A stretch of DNA of 64,000 nucleotides from Mycobacteriales bacterium (GTDB taxonomy: Bacteria; Actinomycetota; Actinomycetes; JAFAQI01; DASSKL01): positions 62,586 to 126,585 of the forward strand of contig DASSKL010000008.1 in the NCBI GenBank assembly GCA_035690485.1. The letters are read 5' to 3'. Below are positions 46,680 to 55,652 of this stretch, one piece after another (positions within the stretch are counted from its first letter, which is position 1; every line of letters begins with the position of its first letter). The translations under genes were made by a program, and so were the position numbers. The notes beneath the pieces are model-generated. The model was given only the letters and a program-made list of their open reading frames with translations, had not been told where the DNA came from and searched no databases.

Positions 46680-48452
46680 GTGGCCCAGCTGCGTCTCGCG
46701 CTCGCCCAGATCGACTCCTGGGTTGGCGACGTCGAGGGCAACAGCGAGCGGGTGCTGCGCTGGGCGCGCCACGCCGCCGAGCAGGGCGCGCACCTGGTGC
46801 TGTTCCCCGAGATGATGCTGACCGGCTACCCCGCCGAGGATCTCGTCCTGCGCCGGTCGTTCGTCGACGCGTCGCGCGCCGCCGTCGAACGGCTGGCCGC
46901 TCGGCTCGCGCAGGCCGGCCTCGGCGAGCTCGCCGTCGTGGTCGGCTACCTCGACCGCTGTGCCGATCCGGTGCCGCGCGTCGGCCGCCCGGCCGGGGAG
47001 CCGCAGAACGCCGCGGCGTGGCTGCACCGCGGGAAGGTGGCCGCCCGCTACGCGAAGCACCACCTGCCCAACTACGGCGTCTTCGACGAGTTCCGGTACT
47101 TCGTGCCCGGTGAGCACCTGCCGATCGTGCGGCTGCACGGCGTCGACGTCGCCACCACGATCTGCGAGGACCTGTGGCAAGAGGGCGGCCCGCTCGTGGT
47201 CGCCCGCGATGCCGGTGCCGGCCTGGTCGTATGCATCAACGGCTCGCCGTACGAGGTCGACAAGGACGACGCCCGCTGCGCGCTGGTCTGCCGGCGCGCC
47301 GCCGACGCCGGCATCACGATCGCCTACGTCAACATGGTCGGCGGCCAGGACGAGCTGGTCTTCGACGGCGACTCCGTCGTCGTCGACCCCGACGGGCGGA
47401 TCCGGGCACGGGCACCGCAGTTCTCCGAGGGCTGCCTCGTCGTCGACCTCGACCTGCCGGCCGCCTCCAGTGAGCTCACCGGGCCCGTCGACGCCCGGGA
47501 TCGCACCGACATGCACGTCGAGCGGGTGACGATCAGCAGCGACCCCCTCCCGCCGTTCCCGCCGCTGGAGGCCGCGGTGGCCCCCCGGCTGAGCACCGAG
47601 GCGGAGGTCTACGCCGCGATCGTCACCGGGACCCGCGACTACGTCGAGAAGAACGGCTTCCGCTCGGTCGTGCTCGGCCTGTCCGGCGGCATCGACTCGG
47701 CCCTGACGGCAGTCATCGCCGCCGACGCGCTGGGTGCCGACAAGGTGCACGTCGTCGGCATGCCGAGCCGCTACTCCAGCGAGGGCTCGGTCACGGACGC
47801 CGAGGACCTCGCGGCCCGGGTCGGCCTGCCCTGGACGATCGTCCCGATCGGCTCCGTGGTGTCGGCGTACGACGTCGCGCTGGAGCCGACGGGCGGGCTG
47901 CACGGGCTGGCCGAGGAGAACTTGCAGGCCCGCGTGCGCGGCGTGCTGCTGATGGCGCTGTCGAACGAGCACGGGCACCTGGTGCTGACAACCGGCAACA
48001 AGAGCGAGCTCGCCACCGGTTTCTCCACGCTGTACGGCGACTCGGCCGGCGGGTTCGCGCCACTGAAGGACCTCTCCAAGACGTGGGTCTACCGGCTGTG
48101 CCGGTGGCGCAACAAGCTGGCCGCTGAGCGCGACGAGGTCGAGCCGATCCCGGAGGCGATCATCGTCAAGGCGCCGTCGGCCGAGCTCGCCCCGGGCCAG
48201 GTCGACGCCGACCGGCTACCGGACTACGACGAGCTCGACGCGCTGCTCGACGACTACGTGGGCCGCGACATGGGCCGCGCGCAGCTGCTCGCCGCCGGGC
48301 ACGACCCGGCCACCGTCGACCGCGTGCTGCGCCTCGTCGATCTCGCGGAGTACAAACGCCGGCAGTACCCCCCAGGGCCCAAGATCACGTTGAAGGCGTT
48401 CGGCCGCGACCGCCGCCTGCCGATCACCAACCACTGGCGCGATCTTCCCTGA
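46680..48452 (+). CDS. nadE: Glutamine-dependent NAD+ synthetase NadE
   Basis: N-terminal nitrilase-like glutaminase domain (LRLALAQID..., LVLFPEM, catalytic Cys region CEDLW) and a C-terminal NAD synthetase domain (SGGIDSAL P-loop). Confidence 0.9.
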   Translation: MAQLRLALAQIDSWVGDVEGNSERVLRWARHAAEQGAHLVLFPEMMLTGYPAEDLVLRRSFVDASRAAVERLAARLAQAGLGELAVVVGYLDRCADPVPRVGRPAGEPQNAAAWLHRGKVAARYAKHHLPNYGVFDEFRYFVPGEHLPIVRLHGVDVATTICEDLWQEGGPLVVARDAGAGLVVCINGSPYEVDKDDARCALVCRRAADAGITIAYVNMVGGQDELVFDGDSVVVDPDGRIRARAPQFSEGCLVVDLDLPAASSELTGPVDARDRTDMHVERVTISSDPLPPFPPLEAAVAPRLSTEAEVYAAIVTGTRDYVEKNGFRSVVLGLSGGIDSALTAVIAADALGADKVHVVGMPSRYSSEGSVTDAEDLAARVGLPWTIVPIGSVVSAYDVALEPTGGLHGLAEENLQARVRGVLLMALSNEHGHLVLTTGNKSELATGFSTLYGDSAGGFAPLKDLSKTWVYRLCRWRNKLAAERDEVEPIPEAIIVKAPSAELAPGQVDADRLPDYDELDALLDDYVGRDMGRAQLLAAGHDPATVDRVLRLVDLAEYKRRQYPPGPKITLKAFGRDRRLPITNHWRDLP

Positions 48453-48466
48453 CGCACAGCCGCCGG

Positions 48467-49141
48467 CTACACGTCCGTCACGCGGATGCCGGCGTGCGCC
48501 TTGTAGCGGCGGTTCATCGCGATGATGTTGGCGGTCAACGCCTCGACTTGGTGAGCGTTGCGCAACCGGCCGGCGTAGACGCCGCGCACCCCGGGGATCC
48601 GCGCCGCCAACGCCTGCACCAGGTCCGTCGCCTCCCGGTCGTCACCGAGGACGAGCACGTCAAGATCGACCGCGTCGACCTCCCGGTCGAGCAGGAGGAC
48701 GGCCGACACGTGGTGGAAGGCCGCAACGACCCGGCTGTCGGCGAGGATGCCCGCGGCCTGCTCGGCCGCGCTGCCCTCGGCCGGCTTCAGCGCGTGCGGT
48801 CCCCGGTCGTCGAAGCCGATCGGGTTCACGCAGTCGATCACGACCTTGCCGGCGAGGGCTCCCGCCAGGTCGCGCAGCAACGCGTCGTGCCCCTCCCACG
48901 GCACCGCGACGATCACCACGTCGGCCCCGGCGGCGCAGTCGGCGTTGGCCGCGCCGACAACGTCAATGCCCGCGTCACCCTCGCGCAGCTCGGCCGCAGC
49001 CTGCTCGGCCCGCTCGGCGCTGCGGCTGCCGATCACGATCCGGTGCCCGGCGAGCGCGAGCCGGCGACCCAAGCCACGCCCCTGGTCGCCGGTGCCGCCG
49101 AGGATGCCGATGGACAGGCCGGACACGTCGGGTGCGGTCAC
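48467..49141 (-). CDS. F420-dependent NADP oxidoreductase (Fno/NpdG family)
   Basis: GTG start with GGAGG 8 nt upstream. LSIGILGGTGDQGRGLGRRLALAGHRIVIGSR dinucleotide-binding N-terminus. 224 aa. The ORF extends to 49351 without family similarity. Confidence 0.8.
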   Translation of the reverse strand: MTAPDVSGLSIGILGGTGDQGRGLGRRLALAGHRIVIGSRSAERAEQAAAELREGDAGIDVVGAANADCAAGADVVIVAVPWEGHDALLRDLAGALAGKVVIDCVNPIGFDDRGPHALKPAEGSAAEQAAGILADSRVVAAFHHVSAVLLLDREVDAVDLDVLVLGDDREATDLVQALAARIPGVRGVYAGRLRNAHQVEALTANIIAMNRRYKAHAGIRVTDV

Positions 49142-49349
49142 GCGGTGCCTCCGGGGCGTCGGAACGATGGGCTGCTGGCCACCGCCATCCTTGCGCAGGC
49201 CTGGGGTGCGCCAAGCGGCCGGTCGGCGTACGCTCGGAGCGCACGTGATGCCGGATTTGTCCGCCATCGTCCCCGAAGGCAGGAACTCCGCGCTCGCCGC
49301 CGAACAACGTGCGTAAACACCCAGCGAGATCTGAGACGGGAGGGGCGCC

Positions 49350-50357
49350 ATGTGGCCGCGGCACCGGTCGGCACGACCGCAGCAGCATGACGCCCCCGAG
49401 TCCCCGGCGGTCAGCGAGCCGCTCGCGATCGACGACGAGCGCGTCGCCGAGCTGCTCGACGACCTGGCCCAGCTGCGGCTGTTCGTGGCGACCGACCTGT
49501 CGGTCGCGGCCGGCGCGGCAGACGCCGGCGCCTACGAGATCGCCGCCGACGTCATCGACGCCGGCCGGGAAGAGCTCTCGACGTTCGAGGCCCGGATCCT
49601 GGCCCGCATGCACGCCGAGCGGCTCGTCGGCGCGGTCGCGCTCCCCGAGACCGCGGTGCCCGAGCAACCGAGATCCCGGTCGCGCCGGCTGACGCGGCTG
49701 CTGCTGGTCAGCCCGGCCCTGCCCGCCGTGCCGGTGCTCGCAGCGACTGCCGCCGCGGCCGCCGTCGCACTCGGTGCGATCCACGTCCCGGGCACCGGTC
49801 CGGACACCTCCTCCCCCGCGGCTGGGGCGCGCGTCCATGCGGCGACGGCGAGCTGGGACTACTTCCACCAGATCGCCACCGGCGACGCCAGCGCATCCGC
49901 CGTGATCGCCGCCGGGCAGCGGCTCCACGCCTCGCTGGTGTCGTTGATCGACGCGTCGGGCGACGACCCTGCCAAGGCCCAGCAAGCCCTCGAGCTGCTC
50001 GCCAAGGAGCGCGACCTGCTGCTGAGCGATCTTCCGCCCGGCGGTCAGGTCGTCCTGGCGCAGGCCGACAACCTGGTCCTGCAGCTTCGGCAGCGCCTGC
50101 CGCGCCTGCCGCAGGTGATCGCCCTGCCGTCGAGCAGCCCCAAGCCCAGCGACACCCACATGCGCAGTACGACGACCCAGCGCACCGACACCCGGCCGGC
50201 ACCCGCGCCCACCGGGGCGCAGCCGGCGGCGACCACGTCACCGGCCGCGTCGCCCAGCCCGTCGGCGAGCCCCTCCCCGAGCGCGTCGCCGAAGCCGACG
50301 CCCGACACGTCGCCGAACTGGGGACCGCTCCCCCCACCATCTAACTTCGGCAACTGA
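49350..50357 (+). CDS. Hypothetical single-pass membrane protein with acidic N-terminal region and Pro/Ser-rich C-terminal tail
   Basis: Good RBS (GGGAGGGG, 5 nt from the ATG). One TM (LLLVSPALPAVPVLAATAAAAAVALGAI). C-terminal SPSPSASPSPSASP repeats. Confidence 0.5.
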   Translation: MWPRHRSARPQQHDAPESPAVSEPLAIDDERVAELLDDLAQLRLFVATDLSVAAGAADAGAYEIAADVIDAGREELSTFEARILARMHAERLVGAVALPETAVPEQPRSRSRRLTRLLLVSPALPAVPVLAATAAAAAVALGAIHVPGTGPDTSSPAAGARVHAATASWDYFHQIATGDASASAVIAAGQRLHASLVSLIDASGDDPAKAQQALELLAKERDLLLSDLPPGGQVVLAQADNLVLQLRQRLPRLPQVIALPSSSPKPSDTHMRSTTTQRTDTRPAPAPTGAQPAATTSPAASPSPSASPSPSASPKPTPDTSPNWGPLPPPSNFGN

Positions 50358-50390
50358 CCCGTCGGCTTCGGCGCCGAGACCGGGTCAGAT

Positions 50391-51014
50391 CTAGGGGGCG
50401 GTGATCTGTGAACGCCTGCGCCACCGGCGTACGGCGAGGTAGCCGACGAGCAGCAGCACGACGACGCCGGCGAGGACCGCGCCGCCGACGGTGAGGTTGT
50501 GCGAGAGCTGGCGCCACCCGGTGCCGGCGAGAAACCCGAGGCCGACGGAGCCGCCGGCCCAGATGACGCCGCCGGCGACGTTCCAGGTGACGAACGTGCG
50601 GTAGTGCATTCCCGCCATGCCGCAAAGCCCGGGCACCAGCACCCGCAGGGCCGCGGTGAAGCGGCCGACGAAGACCGCCTTACCGCCGAGGCGCTTGATC
50701 GCGGCCTTCGATCGAGCGACGTGATCGGGCTTGATGACCCGCTGGGGCAGCCGGCCGAGAAGCGTGTCGCCGTAGCGGCGGCCGATGGCGTAGCCGATGC
50801 TGTCGCCGATGATCGCGCCGAGGACGGCGACGACGATCACGGCCGTCAGCGAGGCGTTGCCCTGGAAGGCCGCGACGCCGCCGAGCAGGCAGGCGATCTC
50901 ACCGGGAAAGACGAAGCCGACGAACGCGGACGCCTCGAGCGCCGGGATCAGGAACACCAGCACGTAGACCGCCCACGCGGGCACGTGCAGGATGTTCTCG
51001 GCCACCGCATCCAT
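50391..51014 (-). CDS. DedA-family membrane protein
   Basis: Start MDAVAENILHVPAWAVYVLVFLIPALEA... with the DedA signature G.FVGRF. 207 aa. The ORF extends to 51182 with an Arg/Pro-rich non-family N-terminus. Confidence 0.8.
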   Translation of the reverse strand: MDAVAENILHVPAWAVYVLVFLIPALEASAFVGFVFPGEIACLLGGVAAFQGNASLTAVIVVAVLGAIIGDSIGYAIGRRYGDTLLGRLPQRVIKPDHVARSKAAIKRLGGKAVFVGRFTAALRVLVPGLCGMAGMHYRTFVTWNVAGGVIWAGGSVGLGFLAGTGWRQLSHNLTVGGAVLAGVVVLLLVGYLAVRRWRRRSQITAP

Positions 51015-51088
51015 CGATCCATCCTGCCGTAGCCGGTGCCAGACTGGGGTCGATGAGCCCCTCGCGCACGGGCGTGACCCGCGGCCGG

Positions 51089-51379
51089 ATGACGGCCGCG
51101 GTGCTGCTCTTCGTTGCCGCGGTGGGGGCCGTGCTGCTGGCGCTGGAGTTCTTCGCGACAGGGTTTGCCGGGCCTGCTCCAATCGTCCTGGCGGCAGGTG
51201 GCATGTGCATCGCGGCGGGAGTCGCCATGCTGCGCAACCCGCCGCGGGAACGCCGGCCGCTAGTGACGGCTACGGCGTACGAGCAGACCGGTCAGCAACG
51301 AGAGGACCTGGCCGGCGGCCACGAGGTAGAGCATCCCGCGCGAGCCGACCGCGCCGGAGACCGGGCCGGCGACGCCTGA
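51089..51379 (+). CDS. Possible small two-TM membrane protein (low confidence)
   Basis: MTAAVLLFVAAVGAVLLALEFFATGFAGPAPIVLAAGGMCIAAGVAML. The 3' 120 nt overlap the convergent MFS gene, which argues against it. Confidence 0.25.
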   Translation: MTAAVLLFVAAVGAVLLALEFFATGFAGPAPIVLAAGGMCIAAGVAMLRNPPRERRPLVTATAYEQTGQQREDLAGGHEVEHPARADRAGDRAGDA

Positions 51380-52450
51380 CCCGACGGCGAACGCCCCGAT
51401 CTTCAGGCTGGCCGCGGTCGTGAACACCTGGGTCCGCAGGTGTTCGGGCGAGAGCTGCTGGCGCAGGTTGAGGGTGGCGGCGAGCACCGGGCCGTCGATG
51501 AGCCCGGCGACCGCGACCAGCGCGAGCGCCGCGACCAACGACGGGGCCGCACCGACGCCGGCCATCGCGGCGCCGAAGACGAGCAGGCCGGCGAGCACCG
51601 CCGGCTCGGAGCGCACCCGTCCCGCGATGCGGCTCCACGACACCGACCCGATCAGGGCGCCGACCGCGAACAGCGAGAACAGCCCGCCGCCCGCGGCCCG
51701 CTTGTGCCCGAGCGTCTCGGCGAGCAGGGGGAACGCGACGACGATGAGCCCGACCCACGCCTGGCTGACCGTGGTCGCGAACGTCACCGACCGCAGTTCG
51801 GGCACCCGGGTCAGCAGCCGCAGGCCGTCGCGCAGGGCGTGGGAGAAGCGGCCGGCCGCCGCGTCGTGCCGCACCGGGCCGATCGGCACCCGCACCAACC
51901 AGACCAGTGCGACGAGCGCCATCGTCGCCGTCGCCGCAACCGCCCATGCGGGGCTGACCGCGCCCGCGATCGTGCCGGCGAGCGCGGGCCCGGCAATCCC
52001 GGCGACGTTGTAGCTCGCCGCCTCCACGCCATAGGCCTGCGGAAGAAGCGGCGCCGGGACCAGCGTCGGGATCAGGCCGCTGAACCCGCCGGTCCGCACC
52101 GGGTAGGGCAAGCCGGCGACGACCGCGAGCAGCACGACGACGAGGTCCGAGAGGTGGCCGACCGCCGCCAGCAGCCCGAACGTCGCCGCCGACAGCACCA
52201 GCTGGTTGGCGTTGAAGACCGTACGCCGGTGGCGGGTGCGGTCGAGCCACGCACCCATGAGCGGCCCGGTGACGATCGTCGGCAAGGTGGCAGCCGCGAC
52301 GGTCACCCCGGCGAGCTGCGCGCTCTGCGTGCGCGCCAGCACGAACAGCACGATGGCCACCGAGAACATCTCGCTGGCCAGCCGCGAGAGGGTGGCGGCG
52401 ACGAACAGCGTGCGGAAGTCGCGCTCCCGCCACAAGGCGGAAGGGGTCAC
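51260..52450 (-). CDS. MFS transporter
   Basis: About 12 TM. GTG start at 52450 overlapping the mannosidase stop (GTGA). The upstream extension of the ORF to 52576 is Arg/Pro-rich. Confidence 0.8.
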   Translation of the reverse strand: MTPSALWRERDFRTLFVAATLSRLASEMFSVAIVLFVLARTQSAQLAGVTVAAATLPTIVTGPLMGAWLDRTRHRRTVFNANQLVLSAATFGLLAAVGHLSDLVVVLLAVVAGLPYPVRTGGFSGLIPTLVPAPLLPQAYGVEAASYNVAGIAGPALAGTIAGAVSPAWAVAATATMALVALVWLVRVPIGPVRHDAAAGRFSHALRDGLRLLTRVPELRSVTFATTVSQAWVGLIVVAFPLLAETLGHKRAAGGGLFSLFAVGALIGSVSWSRIAGRVRSEPAVLAGLLVFGAAMAGVGAAPSLVAALALVAVAGLIDGPVLAATLNLRQQLSPEHLRTQVFTTAASLKIGAFAVGSGVAGPVSGAVGSRGMLYLVAAGQVLSLLTGLLVRRSRH

Positions 52451-55374
52451 GTAAGCAGCAGGGTGCGGATCTCGAACGGGCGCAGCTCCACGTCGACCCG
52501 GTCGCCGGTCACGGGGATCGCCTCGCCGATCGGGCGTTCGAGCAGGTCTACCTCGGTCACCTCGGACACCGGCCACACGGTGCGCAAAGCGCCGCGACGG
52601 CGGCCGCCCAGCGACTCGTAGACACGGACCACGACTCCGTCGGACTCGTCCGCCCGCTTGACCGCCTCGACGACGATGCCCGGCTCGTCGATCTCGACCA
52701 GGCCGACCCGGACGGCGCGGTCACCGCCGGCCGGGCGTAGCACGATCGGCGCGTTGAGCGCGTAGGCCTGCGCCACGACGGGGCGCAGGTCGCCGGCGTG
52801 CGGCAGCAGCGCATGGCGCACCTCGCTGACACCACGGTCGGCAGCCGGGTCAGGCCACAGCGGCGCGCGCAGCAGCGACATCCGGATGACGTTGCCGCGC
52901 ACGTCGTGGCCGTAACGCCCGTCGTTGAGCAGCGCCACGCCGAAGCCGTCCTCGGACAGGTCGATCCAGCGGTGCGCGCAGACTTCGAACCTGGCCGCGT
53001 CGTACGACGTGTCGCGGTGGGTCGGCCGCTCGACGTAGCCGAACTGCATCTCGCACCGCGCGCTGCGGCTGTGTACGTCGACCGGATAGGCGACCTTGAG
53101 CAGCCGGTGCTCCTCGTGCCAGTCGACGCGGGTGTGCAGGTCGACCCGAGGGGATCCCGCCGACACGGAGATCGTCTGCTCGACGCAACTGGCGCCGAAC
53201 CGGCGGACGACGCGGATCGCGGCGCGCAGCGGCGTCGCCTCGACGACCTCCATGCTCTCGACCGCATCGACCGGCTCGGCGGTGTCCATCGTCCACGCGT
53301 CGATGTCCCAGGCGTCCCACTGCGCCGGCCGGTCGTCGAGCAGCTGCAGCACGTTGGCCGGGCCGGCGAGCGCCTCCCGACCGGTGGCGCGGTGCAGGAC
53401 CGAGACGAGGTGCCCGGCCTCGTCGAGACGCACCCGCAGCAGACCGTTGTCGAGCAGCCGGTCGTCGACGGTGACGGGCGCGACGTCGCCCGGCGGGCGG
53501 GCATCGTCGGCGACGCTCGCGTAGCCGTTCGGCGGCACGTCGACCCAGCGGCCCTCGACCACCTCCCTCCGCGGGAAGGGGGCGGCGTTGAACGCGATCG
53601 TTTCGCCGTCGGCAGCAGCCGCGAGGTGCTGCTGCGCAGCATCGGTGAGCCGGTCGGTCTCGGCGCGGATCCGCTCGTAGTCCGCGAACGTGTCGCGGTA
53701 GACCCAGGCGATCGACGTGCCTGGCAGCACGTCGTGGAACTGGTGCAGCAGCAGGGACCGCCACAGCGCGCGCAGATCATCGGCCGGGTAGGCCGGGCCG
53801 CCGGCGCGAGACGCCGCGAGGCACCAGCGCTCGGCGGCCAGCAGCGCCTGCTCGAGCTGCCGGTTGCCCCGCTTGACCCGGGCGTGCGTCGTGTAGGTGC
53901 CGCGGTGCTTCTCGAAGTACAGCTCCTGGCCCCACACCGGAGCGTCGGCCGCGTCGCGCTCCGCGGCCTCCAGGAAGGCCCGGGCGGTGCCCTGCTCGAC
54001 CCGCGGCAGCCCCTCGACCGATGCGAGCCGCCGGGCGCGCTCGAGCATCCCCTGGGTAGGGCCGCCACCACCGTCACCCAGCCCGTAAAGGAAAAGTGAC
54101 TGCTTCGCGGTGCCGGCCGACGTCTCGTTGCGCTGCGCGGTCAGGATCTCGCCGACGTTCAGCACGCCGCTGTAGGTGTCACCGGGCGGGAAGTGCGCGA
54201 GCACTCGGCTGCCGTCGATGCCCTGCCACCAGAAGGTGTGGTGCGCGAACCGGTTGGTGTCGTTCCAGGACAGCTTCTGCGAGACGAACCACCGCACGCC
54301 GGCGAGGCGGAGCAGCTGCGGCAGCGAGGCGGTGTAGCCGAACGCATCGGGCAGCCAGCACTCCTGCACGTCGACGCCGAGCTGCTGCTGCCAGTAGCGC
54401 TTGCCCTCGACCAGCTGCCGGACCAGCGACTCGCCGCTGGGCACGTTGCAGTCCGGCTCGACCCACATCGCGCCGACCGGCTGCACCTGCCCGGCGGCAA
54501 CCTGCTCGCGCAACCGCGCGAAGAGGTCCGGGTAGCTCTCCTGCAGCCACGCGACCTGCTGCGGCTGCGAGAGCGCGAAGTGGTAGTCGGGGTAGCGCGC
54601 CATCCAGGCGAACGCCGTGGCCAGCGTGCGCGCCGTCTTCCGCCGGGTCTCGCGGAAGGGCCACAGCCATGCGGTGTCGATGTGCGCGTTGCCGACGGCG
54701 ATGACGCGGTGCGCGCCGGCGGCAGCGGGCTTGCCCAGCACGGACTGCATCGCCTGCGCGGCTTCGGCGGGCGCGGCACCGACCGCTGCACGCAGGGCGT
54801 CGCGTACGTCGTCGCGCTCGGGCTGCAGCCGGGCCAGGTCGCGCAGCAGCCGCAGGTCGCGGGTGAGCGCGCGCACGTCGTCGCGTACGACGGCCAGCTC
54901 GGCGACCGACACCGTGTAGAGCAGCGGCCCGCTCTGCACCCCGTCAGGCACGACCGCGCCCATCGCTACCGGGTTGGCCGCCGCCTCGAGCAGCAGGGTG
55001 ACCCGCTCCCCCGCTGCTGCCGCATCGGTCCAGACGTACTCGCTGTGCCGCGGCGCGACACCGGTGACCGGCCGCCCGTCGCGCCAGAGCATCCCCTCGC
55101 CGGCGAAGCCGGTGGCACCGTCACCGATGACGAGCCGGACGACGACCGGCCGGCCCGCCCAGGCAGGCGGGATCTCGCCCCCGAGCCGGAACCACCAGGT
55201 GTCCCAGGCCGCCCCCCATTGCTCCCCCACGGAGAAGTCGCGGAAGGGCAGGCCCAGCGCGGCGTCGTACCCGATCGGCTCCCCGCCGACCGGCGCGGCC
55301 TGCAGCTGCAGCGGACGGCGGTCCTCGATCTCCAGGGCGGACCACTCGGTCAGCCGCGCCTGCACGGCTTCCAT
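52447..55374 (-). CDS. Alpha-mannosidase, glycoside hydrolase family 38
   Basis: GNAHIDTAWLW (the HxHxDxxW-type GH38 N-terminal motif), central and C-terminal GH38 regions. Start set at MEAVQARL (ATG 55374). An alternative GTG lies at 55404. The ORF reaches 55785, but that would collide with the divergent gene. Confidence 0.75.
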   Translation of the reverse strand: MEAVQARLTEWSALEIEDRRPLQLQAAPVGGEPIGYDAALGLPFRDFSVGEQWGAAWDTWWFRLGGEIPPAWAGRPVVVRLVIGDGATGFAGEGMLWRDGRPVTGVAPRHSEYVWTDAAAAGERVTLLLEAAANPVAMGAVVPDGVQSGPLLYTVSVAELAVVRDDVRALTRDLRLLRDLARLQPERDDVRDALRAAVGAAPAEAAQAMQSVLGKPAAAGAHRVIAVGNAHIDTAWLWPFRETRRKTARTLATAFAWMARYPDYHFALSQPQQVAWLQESYPDLFARLREQVAAGQVQPVGAMWVEPDCNVPSGESLVRQLVEGKRYWQQQLGVDVQECWLPDAFGYTASLPQLLRLAGVRWFVSQKLSWNDTNRFAHHTFWWQGIDGSRVLAHFPPGDTYSGVLNVGEILTAQRNETSAGTAKQSLFLYGLGDGGGGPTQGMLERARRLASVEGLPRVEQGTARAFLEAAERDAADAPVWGQELYFEKHRGTYTTHARVKRGNRQLEQALLAAERWCLAASRAGGPAYPADDLRALWRSLLLHQFHDVLPGTSIAWVYRDTFADYERIRAETDRLTDAAQQHLAAAADGETIAFNAAPFPRREVVEGRWVDVPPNGYASVADDARPPGDVAPVTVDDRLLDNGLLRVRLDEAGHLVSVLHRATGREALAGPANVLQLLDDRPAQWDAWDIDAWTMDTAEPVDAVESMEVVEATPLRAAIRVVRRFGASCVEQTISVSAGSPRVDLHTRVDWHEEHRLLKVAYPVDVHSRSARCEMQFGYVERPTHRDTSYDAARFEVCAHRWIDLSEDGFGVALLNDGRYGHDVRGNVIRMSLLRAPLWPDPAADRGVSEVRHALLPHAGDLRPVVAQAYALNAPIVLRPAGGDRAVRVGLVEIDEPGIVVEAVKRADESDGVVVRVYESLGGRRRGALRTVWPVSEVTEVDLLERPIGEAIPVTGDRVDVELRPFEIRTLLLT

Positions 55375-55652
55375 GAGCTCGTCGGCGAGGGGGTCGGCGG
55401 CCACAGAGGAGGACCGTACGCTGCCGGCGTGGACTTCGTGCGCGTTGTCTGCGTCGACGGGCCGCTGGCCGGTGCCCAGGTGTCGTTCCCGGCCGGCGAG
55501 CGGAAGTGCACGCTGCACGACCCGGTCGCGGGGCCCGTGCGCTACGAGCTCACCGGCAGCCTGTCCGGCCCGCTGCCGGGAAACCTGCAGACCGCTCGCT
55601 TCCTCGGACCCGGCGAGTAGCCTGGGCGCCTTCGCGCGCGCTGGGAGGCTGC

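Noticed and set aside
52557-54077. Alternative-frame ORFs inside the mannosidase gene (52557..54077 minus, 52850..53764 minus, 52798..54099 plus)
   Set aside because: They overlap the GH38 reading frame, which has clear family motifs along its whole length. The alternative frames are low-complexity.
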